A stretch of 26,464 bases of DNA, from positions 1-26,464 of IMG/VR virus record IMGVR_UViG_3300011438_000035; one strand, 5' to 3'. Under the pieces are notes generated by a model. That model did not search any database, was not told the DNA's origin, and worked only from the letters and a program-made list of their open reading frames with translations. Of this stretch, positions 1-6,877 are shown piece after piece; position 1 is the stretch's first letter, and every line of letters begins with the position of its first letter. Position numbers and translations under genes: made by a program. The stretch is from a virus. Lineage: Duplodnaviria > Caudoviricetes.

Positions 1-1
1 C

Positions 2-781
2 GCGCTCGCCGACGCGCAACGCACCGCCATCGGTGATGAAGCCGCGACGCAGGCAATGGCTATCTCCGTTATAGGTAACGCGGGGGCCAGTGCGTTCTCC
101 TGCGTTAACCAATACATCGAAGGCGTGCGACGGCTGGCTGGTAAGACCGTTACGGTATCATTCTGGGCATACGCCACGACCGGATCGCCTAAGATTGGCG
201 TCGCCGCCACGCAACAGTTTGGCTCGGGCGGATCACCATCGGCTGATGTGCTGATCAATGGCACGGCGACACCGGCACTCACGAACAGTCCGGTGCGCTA
301 CTCAATCACATTCACATATCCAAGTGTGGCGGGTAAGACGCTGGGCACCAACGGCAATGACAGCAGCCGCCTCGGGTTGTTCTTCTCGTGTGGTGCGACC
401 TACAACACGTTCGCTGGCGGCATCGGCGTGCAGAGCGCGACGTTCGTGTTGTGGGGCGTGCAACTTGAGGTCGGTTCCGTGGCGACACCATTGGAGAAGC
501 CTGATCCACGTTATGATTTGAGCAACTGTCAGCGGTTCTTCCATGTGGGTTGGCTACAACAAGGCGGATATAATGTTAATGCTGGCCCTGGACTTTCTGC
601 GTATACACTCCCGGTGACTATGCACCATGCGCCGACGCTTGTTCCGTACTTTACTTTCGCCGTCTGCACGCTGAACAATTTCAGCGCCTCTGGCTCTGGT
701 AATCTTGGGCTCACGGTAACAGCGACAGCGACCGGAACATATCTTTGCTATGGCAACTTCACAGCATCCGCTGATCTCTAA
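2..781 (+). CDS. Tail fibre / receptor-binding protein, C-terminal part (5' end lies outside the window)
   Basis: Frame is open from position 2. Motifs 'QYIEGVRRLAGKTVTVSFWA' and 'GVQLEVGSVATPLE...DLSNCQRFF' are typical of phage tail fibres with a carbohydrate-binding-like domain. Confidence 0.8.
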   Translation, partial: ALADAQRTAIGDEAATQAMAISVIGNAGASAFSCVNQYIEGVRRLAGKTVTVSFWAYATTGSPKIGVAATQQFGSGGSPSADVLINGTATPALTNSPVRYSITFTYPSVAGKTLGTNGNDSSRLGLFFSCGATYNTFAGGIGVQSATFVLWGVQLEVGSVATPLEKPDPRYDLSNCQRFFHVGWLQQGGYNVNAGPGLSAYTLPVTMHHAPTLVPYFTFAVCTLNNFSASGSGNLGLTVTATATGTYLCYGNFTASADL

Positions 782-792
782 GGAGCACCGAC

Positions 793-972
793 ATGGCTTC
801 CGAATATCAACTGATCGCACCACTCCCCGGCTTGGAAACGCAAACCGTATTGAGGGTTCGAGATCAGGCGTTCATTCCGTTTGACGAAGCAAACCGGGAC
901 TATCAGGAATATCTGGAATGGATGGCTAAAGGCAACAAAGCGGATGATCCCGCGCCCGGTCCAACAGCCTAA
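793..972 (+). CDS. Small tail fibre assembly/chaperone-like protein (59 aa; absent from the ORF track)
   Basis: AAGGAG RBS at 780-785, ATG at 793. Translates MASEYQLIAPLPGLETQTVLRVRDQAFIPFDEANRDYQEYLEWMAKGN. The 'IPxDxxNxDYQxYLxW...GN' motif is commonly found after tail fibre genes. Confidence 0.8.
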   Translation: MASEYQLIAPLPGLETQTVLRVRDQAFIPFDEANRDYQEYLEWMAKGNKADDPAPGPTA

Positions 973-1025
973 TGAAAATTCCTCTGACCGGAGGCGCCTA
1001 TCAGGCCAGAAGCGTCGTCGCCTCT
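972..1025 (+). pseudogene. Orphaned original 5' end of the gp10-like gene (the ORF runs on in unrelated sequence to 1169)
   Basis: TAATG coupling to the upstream gene. MKIPLTGGAYQARSVVAS matches LTGGAYQARSVIAS at 1749-1790 in 13 of 14 residues. Confidence 0.85.
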
Positions 1026-1031
1026 GTAATG

Positions 1032-1060
1032 TTGCTTAAACCTTTTCGATGTCCTATGAC
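1032..1060 (+). promoter_or_regulatory. Putative sigma70-type promoter giving a leaderless endonuclease mRNA
   Basis: TTGCTT (1032-1037), 17 bp spacer, TATGAC (1055-1060). ATG follows 5 nt later at 1066 with no Shine-Dalgarno. Confidence 0.5.
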
Positions 1061-1065
1061 GCGGC

Positions 1066-1734
1066 ATGTCACATGCAAGCGATCTTACGGGTCTACGGTT
1101 CGGAAAATGGACTGTGGTCGGTCTCAATTCCATAGTTCGGCGCAACAGAATGTGGAATTGCCGTTGTGATTGTGGGAAAGAACGATCTGTTTTCGGGGGG
1201 TCGCTCAAAGGGGGTGTATCAACGTCTTGTGGTTGTAATATTGGTCTGTCCGCGAAGCAACGCTTCACCAAACACGGCCAATCCGGGTCGAGGTTTTATA
1301 TGATCTGGGGAACAATGCAGCAGCGATGCCTTAATCCGAAAAGCAAAGCATACCACCGTTACGGAGGGCGTGGGATAACCATATGCGACAGGTGGCTGGA
1401 TTTTACTCGGTTCCAGGAAGATATGGAGCCAACCTGGAAAGACGGATTATCCATAGAACGAATAGACGTGAACGGAAATTATGAACCGTCTAATTGCAAA
1501 TGGATACCGGTAGGGGATCAATGGAAAAATAAGCGGCCGTGGAAGGAATGGCGGAAGCCGGAAATGCTTGTAACCAACACATCTGGAATTAAGGGGGTTT
1601 ATTGGTCCAAAAGGGACCGTCGTTGGTGCGCGGCAATCAGCATCAAAAACAAGACACATTATCTCGGGTCATTCGTGTCCAAGGATGACGCCGCCGAAGC
1701 TTATCGTTCCGCCGCCATCAAGAGGACGTCATAG
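1066..1734 (+). CDS. Free-standing HNH-like / AP2-domain homing endonuclease
   Basis: 'DLTGLRFGKWTV..WNCRCDCG', 'MQQRCLNP..YHRYGGRGITIC', 'SIERIDVNGNYEPSNCKW', and a C-terminal AP2 domain 'NTSGIKGVYW..RWCAAI..HYLGSF..DAAEAY'. Visibly AT-richer than its neighbours. Confidence 0.88.
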   Translation: MSHASDLTGLRFGKWTVVGLNSIVRRNRMWNCRCDCGKERSVFGGSLKGGVSTSCGCNIGLSAKQRFTKHGQSGSRFYMIWGTMQQRCLNPKSKAYHRYGGRGITICDRWLDFTRFQEDMEPTWKDGLSIERIDVNGNYEPSNCKWIPVGDQWKNKRPWKEWRKPEMLVTNTSGIKGVYWSKRDRRWCAAISIKNKTHYLGSFVSKDDAAEAYRSAAIKRTS

Positions 1735-3218
1735 TGGTGCGACAGGTTCTCACGGGGGGCGCGTATCAAGCCAGGAGCGTGATCGCCAGCGCCCAAAGGA
1801 TGGTGAATCTTTATTCTGAACCCGTTCCGGGAAATCAAACGGAGCCTGCCCCCGCAACCTGTTACCCGACGCCTGGTCTCACGCTGTTCGGCACGATCGG
1901 CAGCGGCCCGATACGCGGACTTTACCGGGCCGCGGACAATGAGACGTTCTGTGTGTCTGGGACAGGTTTCTACCGGTTGAACCTGCCGGCCGGGACCGGC
2001 GCCCTTATCGGCACCATAGACGCCGCGTCGCCCCCCTACAAGCCGGTTGGCATGGTCGATAACGGGCTGGAAGTGGTCATCGTCGATGGTGGTCCGACAG
2101 GGTGGAGTTACAACCTTTCATCCACGGTATTTGGCCCGATCACGGACCCGAACTTCCAGGGCTCCGTGAGAGCGGATTACCTCGACGGGTATTTTTTGTT
2201 CGCGCACCCAGGCAGCATCATATCGCCGCCCATATTCTATTCCTCCGACTTTCTCGCCCTGACGTTCGATCCGTTATGGGTCGCCAACAAAATCGGGTTC
2301 AGCGATCTGCTGCGGACGGTCGTCGTGACACGGCGCACGATCTGGCTCATCGGTGATCGCACGACGGAGATATGGTCGAACACCGGCAAGTCGGATTTCC
2401 CGTTCGAGGCGCAGCCGGACGTGTTCATCGATCACGGTATCGTCGCGGTTTACTCGGTCGCCACTTTCGATAACGGCGTCTTCTGGCTGACGGCGGACAG
2501 AACCGGCCAGGGCATCGTGCTGCAAGGCGCGGGGTATCAAACGAAGCGGATTTCGACCTACGCCATCGAGGCGGAAATCGCCGGTTATACCGAAATCAAA
2601 GACGCCATCGGCTACTGTGTCCAGTATCTCGGCCATACGATGTATGTCCTCACGTTCCCCACCGCCGATAAGACCTGGGTCTACGACATAACCACCGGGC
2701 ACTGGCACGAGTGGCTGTGGACCGATCCCGCGACGGGACTGAATCACAGGCATCGCTCAAATTGCTTTTGCGCGATCGAGGGCGGCACAGCTAACGGCAT
2801 GTTGCTTGTCGGAGACTGGCAGAACGGCAACGTCTATAAACTCGACCAAAACGCGTTCACCGACAACGGCGCCGCGATCCACCGCGTTCGCTCGTTCCCG
2901 CATATGCTTCAGGACGGGCGGCGCGTGTTCTACAATGAGTTCCTCGCCGACATGGAGACCGGCACGGCAACGGGCGACACCATTGTCTTGTTGCGATGGT
3001 CGAACGACCGTGGCCATACGTGGGGCAATCCCGTCCCGCAGTCGCTGAACACGACGGGCACGCTGACATCGATGCAGTGGCAGCGGCTCGGACTGGCGCG
3101 CGACAGGGTGTGGGAGTTGTCGTGGACGGCGCAGGGCATGGTCGCGTTGCAGGGCGCGTGGATCGACGCGGTGGTGGGCGACGCGCCCACGGCCGCCCCG
3201 GCAACGGCGGACGCCTGA
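1734..3218 (+). CDS. P22 gp10-like packaged-DNA stabilisation / tail hub protein
   Basis: AGAGGA RBS before GTG. Beta-rich 494 aa with 'VNLYSE', 'PTPGL', 'RISTYAIE', 'YVLTFPTADKTWVYDITTGHWHE' and 'LRWSNDRGHTWGN...WQRLGLARDRV'. Confidence 0.88.
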   Translation: MVRQVLTGGAYQARSVIASAQRMVNLYSEPVPGNQTEPAPATCYPTPGLTLFGTIGSGPIRGLYRAADNETFCVSGTGFYRLNLPAGTGALIGTIDAASPPYKPVGMVDNGLEVVIVDGGPTGWSYNLSSTVFGPITDPNFQGSVRADYLDGYFLFAHPGSIISPPIFYSSDFLALTFDPLWVANKIGFSDLLRTVVVTRRTIWLIGDRTTEIWSNTGKSDFPFEAQPDVFIDHGIVAVYSVATFDNGVFWLTADRTGQGIVLQGAGYQTKRISTYAIEAEIAGYTEIKDAIGYCVQYLGHTMYVLTFPTADKTWVYDITTGHWHEWLWTDPATGLNHRHRSNCFCAIEGGTANGMLLVGDWQNGNVYKLDQNAFTDNGAAIHRVRSFPHMLQDGRRVFYNEFLADMETGTATGDTIVLLRWSNDRGHTWGNPVPQSLNTTGTLTSMQWQRLGLARDRVWELSWTAQGMVALQGAWIDAVVGDAPTAAPATADA

Positions 3219-3219
3219 C

Positions 3220-3501
3220 ATGGCGGGAGAACTCCACGTCCCCCTGCCATCGACCATGTCGCCGTTGGTCGATGGCAACGGCAATGTCACGATGGCGTGG
3301 CGCGCCTGGTTCGCCATGGTTGACAAACGCCTCGGCCCGTTCGGCGGGCTCATGTTGCCATCCGGCGTGACCTGGACCAGCGGCACGGGCGCGCCGATCG
3401 CGGCGCAGCCTGTTGGTTCGTTGTATTCTCAGGAGGACGGCACGGTGGGCTTTACAATTTATGTCAGTCAGGGCGGCGGCGTGTGGACGGTGGTGGGATG
3501 A
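3220..3501 (+). CDS. Short tail protein (tail-needle/gp26 position)
   Basis: N-terminal 'PLVDGNGNVTMAWRAWF' and C-terminal 'GTGAP...PVGSLYSQEDG...TIYV' resemble phage tail proteins. Lies directly after the gp10-like gene. Confidence 0.6.
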   Translation: MAGELHVPLPSTMSPLVDGNGNVTMAWRAWFAMVDKRLGPFGGLMLPSGVTWTSGTGAPIAAQPVGSLYSQEDGTVGFTIYVSQGGGVWTVVG

Positions 3502-4532
3502 GACCGTTTGTCATCCTGGCGACACCGCGCAGCCGCACGAAGTGGTTATCGACGCTCTTGTCCTACGGCGACTGGCATTGCGGCCACGACCAGATCGTGC
3601 ATTGCCGTTCGATGGACGACGTGGCCTCGTGGTTCGCCCAGTCGTTCACGGGCACCGTGGAGACCGCCGCCGCGCCGTTCTGGCGGCTTCTGCCGCCGGA
3701 CGTGACGGTTGTCACGCTGCGCCGCCCCGTGGCCGGCGTGGTGGCCTCCTACGCCCGCGGCGGACTCGTTGTTCCTCCCGCCATCATCGAGCGGCAGATC
3801 CGCAAACTCGACCAGATCGAGGCGCGGCTGCCCAACGTGCTTCCCGTCACGTTCGACGACATTTCGACCGAGAGCGGGTGCGCGCGTGTGTTCGAGCGCT
3901 GTCTTGGTATATCCCACGATCATGCGTGGTGGGCCGCGTGCGACGTCGTTAATATCCAGATCCACCTGCGGCAGATGATGCGCCACTGGCGCGCGCACGA
4001 AGCGCAGATCAACAAGATGACGAAGACCGCGAAACATCGTTGCATCGTCGCGATGGACAGAAAGCCGCGCGATATCGACGGCATGACTTACCAGCACGAA
4101 CCGTTCGAAACGTTCTGGCATGACGCGGCGCCGTTACTCGCGGAACATGCCGTCAGAGCCGGAGAGGCGCCGGATTATCCGCTGTCGTTCAACCTGCCGT
4201 TACTACGGGCGCTCGACGCCCACGGCATGTTGCAGACGATGACAGCGAGAATGAATGGCCGTGTATTCGGATACCTGATGACGATCGTGGGGCCGTCGAT
4301 CGAGGCGCCGGATCTGATTGAGGGCCAGCACACCATCTTCTACGCGTCGCCCGACGCGCCCGGTGTCGGTCTGAGGCTGCAACGAGCGGCGGCCGACGCG
4401 TTGCGCGAGCGAGGCGCCAAACAGGTGCTCATGCGCGCGGGCGTTCGCGCCTCGGGACCGTTGTTGAACGGTTACTATAAGAAACTGGGCGCCGAAGCGA
4501 TCGGAACCCTTTACAGAATGGAGTTAAACTGA
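3498..4532 (+). CDS. Sulfotransferase-like P-loop domain fused to a GNAT acetyltransferase
   Basis: ATGA overlap at 3498. N-terminal half: 'FVILATPRSRTKWLSTLL', 'VVTLRRPVAGVVASY', 'VLPVTFDDI'. C-terminal half: 'TARMNGRVFGY', 'FYASPDAPGVGLRLQRAAADALRERGA', 'YYKKLG'. Confidence 0.75.
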   Translation: MRPFVILATPRSRTKWLSTLLSYGDWHCGHDQIVHCRSMDDVASWFAQSFTGTVETAAAPFWRLLPPDVTVVTLRRPVAGVVASYARGGLVVPPAIIERQIRKLDQIEARLPNVLPVTFDDISTESGCARVFERCLGISHDHAWWAACDVVNIQIHLRQMMRHWRAHEAQINKMTKTAKHRCIVAMDRKPRDIDGMTYQHEPFETFWHDAAPLLAEHAVRAGEAPDYPLSFNLPLLRALDAHGMLQTMTARMNGRVFGYLMTIVGPSIEAPDLIEGQHTIFYASPDAPGVGLRLQRAAADALRERGAKQVLMRAGVRASGPLLNGYYKKLGAEAIGTLYRMELN

Positions 4533-5338
4533 TGGGTGTGGGCGGGGTCGCGGCGGCAACCATTGGCGCAAGCGTTATCGGAGCCGGAGCCTCGCTCTAC
4601 GGTTCCAACAAAGCGGCGAGTTCCGCCGACAAGGCCGCCAACCTCCAGCAACAGCAATACGGCCAAACGCGCGCGGACCTCGAGCCGTATTTCGGGCCGG
4701 GCCAGGAGGCTGTCACCAACGCCCTCTCGCTCGCTCAGAGCGGCCCGACGGGCGGCGGTCCCGACTACACGTCACTGGCTTACGCCAACCTGCCGGGCAA
4801 CATGACGCAGGAGCAACTGGAGGCGACGCCCGGCTACCAGTTCACGCGCGACCAGGGGCTTAAATCCGTGCAGTCAGCGGCGGCGGCGCGGGGTCTGGGT
4901 GTCAGCGGAGCGGCACTCAAGGGAGCCGCCGAATACGCGACGGGCCTCGCGAACAAGACCTACCTCGACCAGTTCAATGTCGCCCAGCAGCGGTTCGGCG
5001 ATTACCTCAATCTGAACACCGGCCAGCAAACCAACCTGCAAAACCAGTACTCGCGGCTGTCGGGCATCGCCACGCTCGGGGCCAACGCCGCCGCCGGTCT
5101 CGGAACGCAGGGGACGAGCGCGGCATCAACGGCGGGCAATTACCTCAATCAAGGCGGTCTCGCGCAGGCCGCCGGAGCGCAGGGCGTCAACAGCGCGCTG
5201 ACGGGCGGGGTGAATAACTACCTGGCCTACAACGCTTACAACAATCGGACGAACGCGACGACGCCGCAGACGACGGGCTACGCGGCAAGCGGGAACACCG
5301 ACGCGTTCAACATCCCGTGGCAGACAGGGAAGGTCTAG
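4532..5338 (+). CDS. DNA ejection/transfer protein (P22 gp7-like)
   Basis: Gly/Ala/Gln-rich with a hydrophobic N-terminus. Conserved block 'PGYQFTRDQGLKSVQSAAAARGLGVSGAALKG..EYATGLA'. Confidence 0.8.
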   Translation: MGVGGVAAATIGASVIGAGASLYGSNKAASSADKAANLQQQQYGQTRADLEPYFGPGQEAVTNALSLAQSGPTGGGPDYTSLAYANLPGNMTQEQLEATPGYQFTRDQGLKSVQSAAAARGLGVSGAALKGAAEYATGLANKTYLDQFNVAQQRFGDYLNLNTGQQTNLQNQYSRLSGIATLGANAAAGLGTQGTSAASTAGNYLNQGGLAQAAGAQGVNSALTGGVNNYLAYNAYNNRTNATTPQTTGYAASGNTDAFNIPWQTGKV

Positions 5339-5341
5339 ACC

Positions 5342-6874
5342 ATGGCTGATGACATCATTAACGCACTGCAAACCGCCAACCGTTCCGCCTCGGTGTTGCA
5401 GGGCATCGCCAATCCTCCGCAGGTCAATCCCCTGGCGGCGATCTCGGCCGGCAATCAGGCGGCGCAAGCGGAGTTCCAGACGCGCAAGATGCAGGCGGAT
5501 CAGGCGCTGGGTGACGCTTACCGACAAGCGGTCGATCCCGAAACGGGACGCTTCAATCCGCTGAAATTCAATCAGATCATGGGCGGCAACCCCATGACCT
5601 CATTCGCGGCCAAGGGTGGCGTCGAGAGTTCGCAGGTGCTGCAAGGGGCGCAACTTGAGCAGAACGCCAAGATGCAGGGACTGCTTAATGAGTCTATCAC
5701 GGCGGCCCTGGCCTCGCCCGACGCCAACCTGAAGGACGCGGTGTTGCAGCAGGCGGCACGACTGAAGGCCGCCGGATATCCCACTGACCGCATCGACGCC
5801 AGTCTGTTGCACCTGTCGCCCGATCCCACGCAGTTACGCCAGCAACTGGAAACGGTGCGCGTGCAGAGCCTGCCGCCAGATCAACGGCAGTCGGTGATTT
5901 ACGGTCGTCCCGGCGGCGTCGATCAGGGAACGCAGTATCAACCCACCATGACCGATGTCAGAAGAGGAACGGTCACTCCAACGGGGCCTGGGGTTCCTGT
6001 TTACGCGGGGCCTGGGACGCAGGGTCAACAGGTTCAGTGGACAGACAACCAGGGCGTCATGCACGACACGACATGGGCGGAATACAACACGGCTCGCGGC
6101 AATGGGAACGTCGTCGGACCCGTCAGGATGTCCCCCGCCCCCGCACCAACGGCCACTCCTCCCGCCGTCAATGGTTCCCAACCGCCCGCGGCGAACGGGC
6201 CACAAACGCGCACCGATACGACGCGACCGGAGCCGGGCATGGAGGCGAAGTGGAAGGCGTCGGCCGATGCCTACAACGCCGCCAACGCCGAGGCGGGCAC
6301 CTACCAGCAACGCGTCTTTCCGCTGGTGCAGGCGCACACGATCCTCAAATCCGGCGATGTCACGACGGGCGCCGGGGCCGAGGCGTTGAACGCCGTCAAG
6401 AGCCGCCTGATGACCGTCGCCACGACGCTCGGCGCGGACGCGCAGACGATCGCGCAGGCCGATTTCGACAAGACCGCGAAATACATGCAGCAATACGTCA
6501 ACCAGATGGGCCTGTCTGGCCGCTCCGATCAGGCGATGGCGTCGGCCATCAGCGGCAATCCGTCCGCGCATATCTCGACGCTCGCCAATCAGCAGATCCT
6601 GCCGGTGATGATCGGCATGGAACGCATGAAACAGACGATATTCACCGACTTCCAGAAGGGCGGCGGCAAACCCAACGGGTTCAGCGACTACCAGACCAAC
6701 TGGCAGAACACGCACGATCCGCGTGCGTTTATTTTCGACATGATGGACGTGCCGGCGCGCGAGAAGATGGTCAAGGGCATGTCGCCCACGCAGCGGCAGG
6801 CGTTCGCGCGGACGCTTGATCTGGTGGAGCGCAACCCAGGCGTGATGGGGCAGGCCGCCATGCCGGGGCACTAA
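5342..6874 (+). CDS. DNA ejection protein (gp20 position)
   Basis: 510 aa, Gln/Ala-rich and helical. Second of three consecutive internal virion genes. Assignment is positional. Confidence 0.6.
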   Translation: MADDIINALQTANRSASVLQGIANPPQVNPLAAISAGNQAAQAEFQTRKMQADQALGDAYRQAVDPETGRFNPLKFNQIMGGNPMTSFAAKGGVESSQVLQGAQLEQNAKMQGLLNESITAALASPDANLKDAVLQQAARLKAAGYPTDRIDASLLHLSPDPTQLRQQLETVRVQSLPPDQRQSVIYGRPGGVDQGTQYQPTMTDVRRGTVTPTGPGVPVYAGPGTQGQQVQWTDNQGVMHDTTWAEYNTARGNGNVVGPVRMSPAPAPTATPPAVNGSQPPAANGPQTRTDTTRPEPGMEAKWKASADAYNAANAEAGTYQQRVFPLVQAHTILKSGDVTTGAGAEALNAVKSRLMTVATTLGADAQTIAQADFDKTAKYMQQYVNQMGLSGRSDQAMASAISGNPSAHISTLANQQILPVMIGMERMKQTIFTDFQKGGGKPNGFSDYQTNWQNTHDPRAFIFDMMDVPAREKMVKGMSPTQRQAFARTLDLVERNPGVMGQAAMPGH

Positions 6875-6877
6875 GCC

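Noticed and set aside
540-781. Diversity-generating retroelement variable region in the tail fibre tip
   Set aside because: The tip is AT-richer, but no reverse transcriptase or second (template) copy is visible in the window.
1026-1790. Group I intron or intein interrupting the gp10-like gene
   Set aside because: Only about 40 nt lie outside the ORF at the 5' side and the 3' side is coding, so there is no room for a ribozyme core. The nuclease has its own stop and is out of frame with the orphan start. The downstream copy has its own RBS and start, so splicing is unnecessary.
5834-6871. 345-aa minus-strand ORF and similar long overlapping ORFs (e.g. 21260-22093, 15767-16480)
   Set aside because: Shadows of well-supported genes on the opposite strand.
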